A DNA stretch of 62,652 bases, the filler included, from Hydrolagus affinis (taxonomy: Eukaryota), in assembly GCA_012026655.1 (NCBI GenBank). It is 3 parts of 3 records of this genome, joined end to end, with 100 filler letters (N's around TTAATTAATTAA, not from the genome) between each part and the next. Parts side by side here need not be neighbours in the genome. Positions count along the whole stretch, not along the records: positions 1 to 22,061 come from JAAILG010011956.1; positions 22,162 to 38,295 come from JAAILG010017187.1; 1 more part is not named here. One strand, written 5' to 3'. Of the stretch, positions 12,959 to 25,203 are shown piece after piece. How positions within the stretch are numbered: position 1 is the first letter of the stretch; each line of letters opens with the position of its first letter. Under the pieces are notes generated by a model. That model saw nothing but the letters and a program-made list of their open reading frames with translations, ran no database searches and was not told where the DNA came from. The position numbers and the translations under genes are program-made.

Positions 12959-13939
12959 CAAAGAAATATTAACCAGCACGGGACACATGTGGATAGGATC
13001 AGAGCTGTTGCCCTTGTAACAATTCAATGAGATTTTAATTTAGCAAATTTTTAAAAAGGTCTAGAGATAACTGTTTAATCAGTTTAAAACTACAAAATAG
13101 AAATCAAACACAACTCAGGTAAACATAAGTAAACCACAAACCCTGTTCTTGGATTAGCTAAAGCTACAGGATGTCCCGTCCACTAAAATATTGCTCCGTG
13201 CTGACAACCAGTTGTGGAGGGCCCTGTGACTCCAACAGCAAAAACTTAATATAGTGCCCTCCATACAGGGTAGTGTCTCAGAGCATTTAACAAGAGGAAA
13301 CTAACCACAGAGTTGCTCTCCCCCAACCCCCACCTAGACAACAGTCCTAACTGCACATCAGCCTCCGACACACCCAATACACTAAACAATGGCCTCGGCA
13401 AAGTATCAGCCAAGCTAATTCCGACACGTCCCATCACCGATAGCCAGGTTTTAATCAACATCTTTGTGAAATATTTACTGATCTGTTGACACGTTTGTTG
13501 CTGTCAAAGAGAAACAGACGGAGAGCGTCGCAAGCGTCAAATTCTGACTCTGCCCGGCAGAACTGGTTGCATTATCCGCCTATGTGGTTAGAGCACTCGC
13601 CTTACAAGCGTGAGATCTGTGTTCGAATCCAAGCAGGTCAGGGCGAAACCTTGGGCAAGTTTCCTTACTCCACGCAGCTAATAATAATCCCTCCCCCCAA
13701 AAAAACACAGAAATAAAAAATGTGGTCATCTCAACCCACGACTGTTGGTGGGGACTCTGCTGTGCGCAATTGACTGCTGCGTTTCGCCCACAAATATGCA
13801 GTCAATTCACTTTACAGTATACTGTGAAGCGCTTTGAGATGTTGATAAGATGTGAAAAAGCGCTATATCAAAACAAAGGGTTATTATTATTATGCTAGTT
13901 ATGCAAACTGGATAAACGCAGTCTACGCCCTCCCCACCC

Positions 13940-16900
13940 TCATAAACTGTACACAGTAATGCTGATGTTTATGCTGGAAAAAACCTCTTGAATTATCCCA
14001 GACACCTCGTTCCAGGATAGTTTGTCCAGACCACACCCGATTCTACAGGAAAAACAGCAAATAATGTGATCAGTTGACCGGCTACTCCCTGCAGTAACCA
14101 GCACCATGAGAATACAGCGACACAGAAACATCGCAGAATCCGAACACACGGCCTGGCTCTAACCATTGAAGCACTATTACCTGTTAACAATGTGATAAGG
14201 CACTAGATCAAATGCAATATTATTACAGTAAAAGCCCGTTTATCCAGCACCCTCAGGACCTGGTCAATGGCGGTTCAAGTGCATGCCAGATATTCAGCCG
14301 AAAACACACATACACAAAAAAAAACATTGTGCCGGATAATTTCTGGTTAATCGAATGCGGACCTTTTTTTTTGAGGTACCGGTTATACGGAAATTACAGT
14401 TGATCGGGTCACGGATAAATGGGCTTTTACTGAATTATTATAATAATCCCTAAAAAAAATTGGTGATTTCAATCCATGACTGTTCGTGGGACACTGCTGT
14501 GCGCAATTGGCTGCCGCATTTTGCCCACAAATATACAGTCAATTCACCTTACAGTATATTCTGTGAAGCGCTTTGAGATGTCTAGAAGGCGTGCAAAGCA
14601 CTATATTAAATGCAAGGATTACTATTATTATTATTAGCAGCAGGGAGCACAGCCTGACACTATTACTGGCAAAGATTACACAGCTCACACAGTGTTACAT
14701 CACCAGTGTTAAAGCGAGGCTGGTTCTGGTTGCACATCCAAACACAAACCCCGAATAATTGATCTGCAGGAGTCAAGGCAGAACCGGAGTTTAGGGCTGG
14801 AGAGGGCAATTTCAGGTCAAACAAACCCACAGAGTTTGATTTGTGTTTACTTTTCCATCCCATTTAAAATATTATACATCTCTATCAAGTCCCTCATTAA
14901 TTCAGTGCTGGTCGGGCTCCACTATCGCTGAACTAAGTGATTTCAAAATCCTCACACTCGTTTTCATTTGCTTTCATGTCCCTGGCACTTCCCTTCCTCT
15001 CCGACCTACTTAATACCCAACCCCCAACCCGCTGCTCATCACATCACATCCCTGCTTGTCGGCCTTCTCAATTCCTCTCTCCATTGGTTGCAGATAATCC
15101 AGAACTCTGCTGTCTGTGTCCTCTTCCACTCCAAGCTTTGTGACCCCATCTCCCATCCTCACCCAATTCCATTGGCTCCCCATCACCCAGAGGATTCAAG
15201 ATCCTGGCCCTCACATTCAAAGTCCTCACCTTACCTCTGTGACCTCCTAACCCCCTACAAGCCTGCCTGCCTGCCTGATCCATGTCCACTGCCCCACCAT
15301 TGGTGGGCGAGCCTTCAGCCACTTTTCCCCAGCCTCTGGAACTACATCTCTCAGTCCCTCTGCCTCGGCCCCTCCCTGGCTTCCCTCAAGTCCCACCTCA
15401 AGACCCTACTTTTCGACAGTCGGTCACCCCAAATCTCTCCAGCTATGGCTGAAACATTGACTGCCTTGGGATGTCTGCCTGATGTGAAAGGTGCTATACA
15501 AATGTAATTTTGTTGTTGTTGTTGCATGTCCCCAGTGCCCTCCGTTCCACCATTGGTGGCCGCGTTTTCAACCACCCTACGCCCTGAAACTCTGGAACAA
15601 TCTCCCTCTACCCCTCTGCCTTGCCTCTTCCTTCCCCATCTTCAGGTCGCGCCTGAAGATCTTCCTATTTGATTGTTCCTACGGTCATCTCCCATACACA
15701 GCCCAGCCTCCACCCACACACAGCCCTGCCTCACACCCACACACAGCCTCCACCCACACACAGCCCTGCCTCACACCCACACACAGCCTCTACCCACACA
15801 GCCCAGCCACACAGCCCAGCATCTACCCACACACAGCCTCCACCCACACACAACCCAGCCTCCACCCACACAGCCCAGCCACACAGCCAAGCATCTACCC
15901 ACACACAGCCTCCACCCACACACAACCCAGCCTCCACTCACACAGGACAGCCTCACACCCATACACACACAACCAAATCTCACACTCACATACAGCCCAG
16001 CCTCATATACACTTGAGGGGGTTGAGCAATTGCGAGTATGCTCACTTTGTGTGCGTGCAATGCATGCACATGCGTATTTATTAAACTTACAAACTTTTTT
16101 TTTAACCAATCTATAAAAAATGCTTTTTTACCAATCTTTTTACCCTGTGTGCTGGAATCTTTATTGGTAAGTATCCATATTACTGTTACTATTTAGTGTA
16201 TTATTAATATGGTACATTTTAAAATAAGTTAATTTTTGGTGTTGGGTTTTTGTCCAATTATCCGACAGTCAATTAGTTGACCCCTCGGAGAGTGCTGTAT
16301 AAACGGGCTTTTACTGTGCATATATACACACACATTCACACACACACACACACAGTAACTCATACCCACATGCAGCTTAGCCTCACACCCCCAACCCGGT
16401 CAGTAGCTAAACAGGCATTTCTTGTCATTGTACCAAACCAAACGAAAAAATAATCAAAGCAGCGGCTCATTCTGGTCTCCATCCTCAGTACCTTGGCATG
16501 GAGATACGAGTGACTCCATTATAGAAGCTGTGCTTCCTCATAGCTATCAGACTTCTCTTCAGGTTGGGGTACGTGGGTTTCTGAAACGCCTTTTCTTTGG
16601 TGACCTGTGCAGGAATTAAACAACAACAACAACAAAATTACATTTATAGAGCGCCTTTCACGTCGGGAGGACGTCCCAAGCCACTGAACAATTAGGTCGG
16701 GATCAGAGTGGGGGGTGGGGGGGGGCTCGGAGTAGGGGGAAGGGGAAGGAGAGTAGGAGAGGGGGGAAGAGCTAGGAGGAGAGCAGAAGGCATGGTCAAA
16801 ATACTTTTGTCCTGACTTTGTGCTCACAAGATGCCCTGGATAAAGAAGGCACTTCAGCCCATCTGACCTCCTCTCTCCAGAACGCCTACCCTCCCCTCAT

Positions 16901-19900
16901 CACAGCATCAAACATTTAAATGAGTCCCAGTGTCCTGGCCTCAACCACCTTTTCTGACAACCTGAGCCTGTCATTGTTACCCTCTGGGTAAAGCAAAACT
17001 TCCTGGTTCCTGTCCTGAAATTGCTCTTGGCATCTCTAAACCCATGTCCTCTTCTGTTGCTGTTTCCTAATCACCTGAGTTTCTATTCAATCCCATTTAA
17101 AATGTTACACAGTACCACCTCCGTGAGGTTCCCTCCGAGTCGTCTTCTCTCAAGACTGCAGAGCCTGAGCTTGTCTAGTCACTGCTCACAGCTCATTCCT
17201 CTAACACTAGGGATCATCCTCAATGCTCTCCTCTGCACTGTCTCCACGACCTGGGCAGACCCTTATGTCACAATGACCAGAGCAGTGAGCAGTGTTCAAG
17301 GTGAGGCCTGTCCAGACACTGTAACACATAGTGTAACACTGACAGATTTAAGGTGGCAAGTGGGGTAAAAAAAATAATATTTTTGTTTCATGTCAAAGTG
17401 TACTTTGAACTATATACTTTCAGAAATAAACTGTTTTGATTGGTGAAATAAACTTGTTTCCAAAGAAATATAGGGTAAAGAATAAGAATTCAACAATAAA
17501 ATAAACCGTAAGTGCTTATTTCATATGTCACATTCCCTATATTTCTTTGGAAATAAGTTTATTTCACCAATCAAGTGTACAGTTCAAAGTACACTTTGAC
17601 ACGAAAAAACATTTTTTTTTTTTTTTTTTACCCCACTTGCCACCTTAAGCAACTGAAAGCTTGGTCGAAGAGGTAGGTTTTTGTGGTCTGACACATACGG
17701 AAACCAATCAACAAGCTTAAGATTCTCACAAAACGAAACTGAGAATGCCACAGACCTTGCTGTCTGGTGACTTGGCTTTGCTGTCTTGTGTTTTCTGTGA
17801 TCCTTCCACTCCATATTTAAGCGTTTCCCCTTATTTTCCCCCCCCCCAACTTTTCTCGCCTCTTCCTGGTGATCTGCAGGCCCGAGATCTCTTTTTATCA
17901 ACCATCCCCACCCTCTAGCTCCCCTCTCGCTCCACTTCGAGAGATTAAATGAGCCACAATTGCTTCTTGTATGTTTCATGTCAGCAGTTTAGTTTAGCTC
18001 GCTGATTAGTGAGGCGCACACCCGAACATACTTTATCTACTTGAAAACGTTCCCCCAGTTCCCCACAGGAATTCATTCCCTTCTATATCTGCCCACGCCC
18101 TCTTCCTAAACCATTCATTGTGGCTGATTATTCTGATTATTTATTCCACACCAACACCCACTCCTCCGCCAAACCCTGCGCTGGGCAGGCGAGCCTTCAG
18201 CCCCGGCCCCTGTACCGCCTGCCTCAGCCTCCCCTACCTCGCTCGCCCCCTCTTTACCCTCTACATATCACACCTGCAGTCTCTCCTCTCCCACTGAGCC
18301 TGTGCTCGCCCTCCCTTTCTCCCCAGCTCGCCCTTTGTCAAGCGCTCCGAGACTCCACCCTGTGTGAAGGGCGATGTATAAATGTAAGACATTAAAAAAT
18401 CTCTTCATTACCAGATAGTAAATGTGTCTGTTGCATTTCTTCAGCACTGCCACTTCCCCAGGCTTCTTCTCTGTAAGGAGAATACAGTTTCAACCCTTCA
18501 TTTTAGACATTTTACACAAGAACCGAGTCTCGTCCAAAGAGACAGAACAGGCAAAAATAGCACATGGAATCCTCGGTTTTATAAATAAAGGCTTTAGAGT
18601 CTGAAGCAAGGAAGTTAGGTTAAACCTTTACAAATCACTGGTGAGGCCTCAGCTGGAGTACTGAGTTCAATGCTGGACACCAGACTTTAGGAAGGATATC
18701 AGGGCCTTGGAGAGAGTGCAGAGGAGATTTACCAGAATGAGACCCAGGGATAAAAGACTTTACTTACGTGGAGGGACTAGAGAGGCTGGGATTGTTCTCC
18801 TTAGGGGCAGAGAAGGTTTTAAGAGGAGATTGAATCGAGGTGTTCAAAATCATGAGGGGTTTTTGATAAGAGTAGATAGGGAGAAACTGTTTCCTCTGGA
18901 GGATGGGTCAGTGACAAGAGGACAGAGATTTTAGATAATAATAATCCTTGCGTTTGACATAGCACCTTTCACATCTTCTAGATGTCTCAAAGCACTTCAC
19001 AGAATATACTGTAAAGTGAACTGACTGTGCATTTGATAATTGGCAAACAAACCAGGGGGTGGGGGGGGGACACAAATAATCGTACAATTTTACAGCACAG
19101 AAGGAGGCCATTCGGCCCCAGTTCTTTGAAAGAGTGAGGGCTCTTTGAACTAGTCTGACTCCTGGTCTTACCCCATGGCTCTGTAATGTTTTTTTTCCCT
19201 GTTTGAAAGTCCCTATCTAATTCCCTTTCGAAAGCTACTATTATTGAATCTGCTCCCACTACCCTATCAGGCAGTGTGTACCAGACTGTAACAACACTCT
19301 GGGTAAACCACAAAAGAGGCGTGTTTTTAAAACTCTCATGTGTGGAGCGGTGATTTGGGCTGTTTTACTGGGAATATCAGAGGCTCTGGTTAACAGGGAT
19401 CAGGTGCTGCAGGTCAACATGATAGCGAGACTGCAGATGTCATCATTAATAATAATCTTAATACTAGTGTCCATCGATATTGAATTTTTCCGATACCGAT
19501 ATATCGGTGGGCTCATATCGATATATACCGATATATCAATATTACCAGGTTTTTTTTACTCAGGTTCCAAACCTTTACGTATGACTGGCTTGGGAGGGTT
19601 GTGCGCAAGTCTGATTGTGTTTGGTGGTGGGGGGAAGGGAAGACGGGGGATGCGCGCGCATTCAGATATGCATGCTCTACGCCCAGGAGGTTTGCAATGC
19701 AGGCGACAGGTCTGCTATGGAAACATTGCGACAGCTGGGAAACCCAATCCTCACACACTGGATGAACTTGGTGGAGTGGAGTCATCGGGTTACACAGCTC
19801 CGTTCAACCTGAATTGTTTTTTTTGTTAGTTAAGGGAGCCTAATGGGCAATTTCGCTAACCATAACTGTGGAGTTACATAGAATTATTGACATTATTTTC

Positions 19901-21067
19901 AATTGTACAACAGACCTCTGATTGTTGAAATAGTCAAACGTTTTATTGCAGAACTACAAGTGAATTCAAACATTAAAGGGGGTGTGGGGGATAGAGCCCT
20001 TTGGCGCTTTAAGAAAATTAAGCTCTTGTGTGCGTTGTGTCGTCAAGTACATTTGAACCTTTGGTTGTATATTTTCTGTTTGCTGTAACGTGGCATTTGT
20101 TGATGATATACCAATATTTTGTGGATATACCGATTTTTTTTCATACCAAATTTTTCGATATACCGATATATTCAAATTGCCAATATCGAGATATCGATAT
20201 GAAAAATTATACCGATATAATCGATATATCGATACCTCGCCGGACACTACTTAATACTAATCCCTCCATTTGATATAGCGCCTTATCACATCGTCGAGAG
20301 TCTCAAAGCGCTTCACAGAATATACTGGAAAGTGGATTGACTGTATACTTTGTGGGCAAAACGTGGCAGCCAATTGCGCACAGCCATGGATTGGAATGAC
20401 CAATTATCATTTACTTAAGGAATTATTATCCCCAGAAAAGCAATCCGCCAATCGAATAACAACCAGCTTCTTACTTCACTTCCCCCTGTGCCTTATACTC
20501 TGTGAGTGAGTGCAGCTGGCTGATTTAATGAGTCCTTTGGTTCAGAGGTTAGAGCACTCGCCTTGCAAGTGAGAGAACCTGGGTTCGGTTCCCGGACGAA
20601 ACCTTGGGCAAGTTTCTTTACTCCACACGCCTGATAATAATCCCTCACAAAAAAACATTAATCATTTGGTCACTCAATCCACGACTGTTTGTGGGACACT
20701 ACTGCCGCGTTTCGCCCACAAAATACGCAGACGCTTTGAGACGTCTAGAAGGCGTGAAAAGCGCTACATCAAATACAAGGATTATTATTATAATTATGGT
20801 AACTGTTTCCTGATCAAGCGCTACCCTGCGTGGCGGGGGGACTCTACGTATTTGTAACTTGTTGCTGCGTGAATTGAGAAGTGTCTTACTCTGCTGCCGC
20901 AGCTCGTCGACACTCCTGAACCTCCTCTTGAACTGCACAGCGATGCCGGCTCCCATCCGACAGTCCTGGCTGATGCAGTGAGCGAGAGCCTCGCTCGGCG
21001 GGCAGGTAAACAGGTCGCCAGTCACATAGTGGATCTCAAAGCCCCCCTGCTGCGAATCAGAACACAT
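13940..21067 (-). CDS. OARD1: OARD1 / TARG1 macrodomain O-acyl-ADP-ribose deacylase, 4 coding exons: 21067-20890, 18470-18412, 16604-16492, 14042-13940 (150 aa)
   Basis: Spliced translation: ...[37 protein letters not shown]...|[20 protein letters not shown]|[38 protein letters not shown]|[33 protein letters not shown]. All introns are GT-AG with consistent phases (1,0,2), and the sequence closely matches human OARD1 motifs. Confidence 0.95.
14226..14432. mobile_element. Tc1/mariner- or pogo-like MITE
   Basis: 20-bp near-perfect TIRs CAGTAAAAGCCCGTTTATCC ... GGATAAATGGGCTTTTACTG. TA on the left flank, AA on the right. A related right end occurs at about 16298-16317. Confidence 0.7.
14930..15500 (+). 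mobile_element. L2 LINE 3' fragment
   Basis: [12 protein letters not shown]...PIPLAP-type remnant of the L2 post-RT region, ending in the AAAGGTGCTATACAAATGTAATTTTGTTGTTG tail. Confidence 0.7.
15690..16010. repeat. CA-rich low-complexity minisatellite (CACACAGCC(C)AGCCTCCACCCA-like units)
   Basis: Directly visible tandem degenerate units; the source of several spurious H/T/P/Q-rich ORFs. Confidence 0.9.
18545..19330 (+). mobile_element. CR1 LINE 3' fragment with nested SINE (18934-19040) and inverted terminal segment (about 19075-19330)
   Basis: Plus strand reads [11 protein letters not shown]...[11 protein letters not shown]...[12 protein letters not shown] (CR1 RT C-terminus). The following CR1 segment [30 protein letters not shown] is on the minus strand. 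Confidence 0.75.
19465..20249. mobile_element. Non-autonomous hAT-type DNA transposon in OARD1 intron 1
   Basis: TIR TAGTGTCC (19465-19472) / GGACACTA (20242-20249), a perfect 8-bp TSD CTTAATAC (19457-19464 and 20250-20257), and subterminal CGATAT-rich arrays at both ends. Confidence 0.85.
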
Positions 21068-21720
21068 CGACGCCTTTTACAGTCACACCCCACGCCTGCT
21101 GCTCCCATTCTCCCTCTCCTCGGGCTGTCAGTGGCTGTGTCGGGCTGATCAGTGATAGAATACTGTCGTCCGAGACAGGGACCCCACCTTGCAAACCCGC
21201 CCAGTGGGCCAGGGAGCTGACTCTGTCTTAGACACACTAGATATATCACTGGCCCGAGTTAGCACACAGCCCCCTCCCTCCTCCTGCATCATTCATTTGT
21301 TCTCCAACGCCTTAGGACGTCCTCCTGACATGAAGGACGCTATGCGAGTGTCATTTTGTTGTTGTTGTTGGTCACTGGGTGTCTGGCAGACCCCCAATTG
21401 AGCTCACACACGCATACACACACACACATACACAAAACAACAACAACAAAGTTAGACTTGTACAGCGCCTTTCACATCAGGAGGACGTCCCAAGACGCTG
21501 GACAGTCATTGTTTCCAAACAGACACACAAACACATACACACACAACACAGGCACACACGCACACAGACAGACACACAACAACAGACACACAAAAATGCA
21601 GACACACACACAGACACACACCATCACCGTGGAATTGCCTGTGAGCAATGGCAAACTACAGGGTTTTTAGCTGTTTAGCAGTTACCAGCAGTTACCCCCA
21701 AGTCACACACGCTGGGGTTT

Positions 21721-21827
21721 CCCCCCCCACCCCTCCCCCACCCTCCCCCACCCTCCCCCACCCCTCCCCCACCCTCCCCCACCCCTCCCCCACCCTCCCC
21801 CACCCTCCCCCACCCCTCCCCTCCCCC
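21721..21827. repeat. C-rich tandem repeat (CCCTCCCCCA)n upstream of OARD1
   Basis: About ten 10-11 bp units directly visible. Confidence 0.9.
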
Positions 21828-22061
21828 AAGCCTCGGCTCTTGCCGACCTGCCCTTAATATTTACCGGGGTTTGGTAAACAGGAAGCTTTGCTCCAGGGAG
21901 AGAGAGCGCGTGACATTCCGGCAAACTGTCCCCGGGGTGAGCAGGCGGGAGGCCAGGATACCTCAGATTGGTTTGGAAACTCTTACGGCTGCGAGCTGCC
22001 TTCCTCACCTACACCAACAGCAAATACAGGGCATTAATGTGAGATAATCACACAGCCCCCC

Positions 22062-22161
22062 NNNNNNNNNNNNNNNNNNNNNNNNNNNNNNNNNNNNNNN
22101 NNNNNTTAATTAATTAANNNNNNNNNNNNNNNNNNNNNNNNNNNNNNNNNNNNNNNNNNNN
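22062..22161. other. Assembly gap or artificial contig linker
   Basis: 44 N + TTAATTAATTAA (palindrome with TAA in all six frames) + 44 N = 100 bp. Confidence 0.95.
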
Positions 22162-23829
22162 TTTCAGGCAATGCATTCCAGATTCAAACAACTCGCTGAA
22201 TGAAATTGTTTCTCATTCCCTCTCCTCTGCTTCTATTTGAAACTATTTTAAATCTCTGACCACGAGTCAGTGATTCACCTACCAGTGCAAACTCTTGCCT
22301 CTCTTGCCATTTGTTCAAACATTGTTGGCTGTAATTTCCATCATTACACATAGAATCTCTGCAAAACTTCCTCTATGGCTCCATTTTGCCACTTCCTTCC
22401 CCCTCTTCAGATGACAGCGGCATGGTCACTGTGCAAATGCAGGTAATTTTTGTTCTTGTAGCTTTCGCTGCTGTGTGCCTGGGTTAACAGAATTTGTTTG
22501 ACGAATAGCGCATGGGAGGCTGGTGTAGAAACTCAGTGGGAGACTACGTTCTTTGAATGGTTAGATATGGGGTGTGTTGGGCAGTGCCAAGGGGAGATGC
22601 CTGGTGGATTGTACAGAGTATAAAGTCAGGAAGTGCTGACTAACCTCCATAAAACTTTGGTTAGGCATCAGCTGGAGTAGTATACCTGTTTGACGGGCGA
22701 TGTGACACGTGGGAGGGGATCTGCGCTAGGTCGGAGGTGGTCTAGTACTGCTTGGAGCCCATTTGTGCCTGTTAGGGGGGAGAAGCGATAGGGGGGAGAG
22801 CTGTGTCTGTTTGGAGCCGGGTTCGCTGTGTTTGTTGGGAGGGTAGGCTGTTCGTGGTGGGATTGGGGGTTGGGCCTTGTGGGATGGGAGGCTGTGTCTG
22901 GTGGGAGGCAGGGGGTACTTTCTGGTAGGAATGGATCTGTACCTGTCGTTGTATCTTGTGTTCTGTTGAATGGATGTGCCCCCAGTAGAGAGATTAGCTC
23001 TCAGGTCACCGAGGCCTTGGCCAGTAATGTATTGCTCTGTTTGCTGTCTAACTCTCTGTGTTTATGTACAAATTGTCTAATTCGGAGCTATTGTCTATGC
23101 TAATAGAATGGCAAAATCTGTGTGTATTTGCCAATAACAAAGCAGATTGTTATAGAGCTATTATTTAAACCTCAATGGAAATGTCTTGATGGCGTTAATT
23201 TTATGGACATATTTCGCCCACAAATATCAATTCAGTTCACGTAACAATACAGTCTATTCTTTGAAGCTCACTGAGACGTCTAGAAGATGTAAAAAGCGCT
23301 ATATCAAATGCATATAATAATTGCTATTATTATATGATTTCAGCGATCTCTTATCATTGATCAGATTTAGTTCGAAAAAGTATTTTACAATCGGCTGCAA
23401 TATATGAGGTGAACATGGTATTCAGAAACAAATCATTGATAGAGAAAATTACACACTCTATAAAAATTTAATGTAAAATACAATAGTATAATATAATGTG
23501 GAATTATGTAAAGTATAATGATACAGTATACAGCAACATCGAAATTTTCATTCCATACTGTATCTCTAGGTTGCATATGTAGTTGCTTTGGTCACAGATC
23601 TTAATGGAATAACATGTTACCGCTATTGAGACACATTGAGAGAAATGTGGTCTATATGCCTATACGTCGCCACCATTAAAGTAATTATTATTGTTGTTGT
23701 ATTGTTTACCCGCTAGACGCTTTCTTAATGCGATAGGTGCTCTGGGTATATACATTATATTGTATTAACCTGGTTGACTGGAAATGAAACTGAAAACAGA
23801 CTGTTAATAATGTATATGATATTTTACAG

Positions 23830-24147
23830 GGAATGATAGTGTCAGACTGGTGAATGGAGGTAACCCGTGTGCTGGGACTGTGGAGGTTTACCATGTTGGA
23901 CAATGGGGCACAGTGTATGCCTTTTCCGGCTGGGGTATCGAGGAGGCGGCTGTGGTGTGCAAGGAGCTGGGCTGTGGAGCGCCACGGTCAGCCCCAGGGA
24001 GAGCTCACTATGGGAGAGGGTCAGGTCCCATTGTGACGTTTAATGTTTAGTGCAGAGGGACTGAATCTGCTCTGAGCGAATGTTCCTCACAGACCTGGGC
24101 TCACAACTACTGGTCACAAAACAATGATGTCGGTGTCAGTTGCTCAG
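23830..24147 (+). pseudogene. SRCR domain exon with in-frame TAG
   Basis: VRLVNGGNPCAGTVEVYHVGQWGTVY...EAAVVCKELGCG...YGRGSGPIVTFNV*CRGTESALSEC...DVGVSCS; phase 1-1 exon of 318 nt. Confidence 0.9.
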
Positions 24148-24918
24148 GTAACCAACTCGGTCTCTGATCACCATCTCGTTCTCGGGGAGAGGGAGTGGGT
24201 GTGGGGAAGGAGCGGGTGTGGGGGTGGGAGGCGATGTGCAATGGGTGAGTCGTTGAGCGCAGTGGAGAGGGGAAGTACAGAGTTGGTGTGTGTACAGGGG
24301 AACAAGCACAGGGGGGCACAGCGTGGGGATAATACAGATGTTGATCAAGGAGGTGAGTACAGTTTATTGAAACCGGGGGTGGGGGTGGGGGGGGCGGAGT
24401 GCGTACAGTGGGGAGTAGAGCGGCTGGGAACAGAGGGAGTGAATGAGAAGTTGTTTGTAACTGAGCAAAGGTTAAGGGGGTGGGAGGGTAGATAGTCCTC
24501 AATATAGGAGGAAGGCATTACCACAGGGGAATGGGCTGAGCAAAGGGGTTCACAACGAGAAATTCCATACTAGCTTTCAATATTGCCACGAGATCGTAAA
24601 AAATATGCCTGAATAGGCAGGTGTGATTTAATGACGCACCAGAAGGTCAGCAACACTACAAATGAGGCTGAACGTCCCTGACCTAGAAACTGATATTCAT
24701 CCCCAGCTCACACTGGCCCACAGCTCACAATGACGCCCAGCTCACATTGACCTCCCAGCTCACACTGACACTAGGTTGATAACTGTCCACGTTTTTGCTT
24801 CAGACAGAAACAAATTCTCGGATGGTCGCTAACGTCACTGTTGCTCCTGATGCTCACTTTCATATCACAATCCAGAAAGAATGTTTATGAGGTTACCTCC
24901 ATTGCGTTTTGTTCCCAG

Positions 24919-25203
24919 AACCGCTCCGGATACCCACCCTTTCACTGAAGCCAGATTTCCGTGCGTTTGTGAGAGGGGAGCTCGCTGAGATCTCGTGTTC
25001 TGGCTATTATCCTGGCAGCGAATTTTCTTTGTACAGAGACAGCAGGGTTGTTGCATCAAAGCCAGCTACAGAGAATAACACCACGGTCATATTCACCACA
25101 TCGTAGATCAATGCAGGAAATTACTGGTGTAAATATATTATACGCATTGGCGGCCGAGAGGTCATATCACCACAGAGCGAGCGAGTGAGAATCTCCATCA
25201 CGG
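24919..25203 (+). pseudogene. Ig domain exon 1 (C2/LRC-FcR-like) with in-frame TAG
   Basis: PTLSLKPDFRAFVRGELAEISCSGYYPGSEFSLYR...TS*INAGNYWCKY...SPQSERVRISIT; 285 nt, phase 1-1. Confidence 0.85.

Noticed and set aside
15491-16116. Several 110-197 aa ORFs rich in H/T/P/Q or V/G/C/W
   Set aside because: Translations of a CA-rich simple repeat inside an OARD1 intron.
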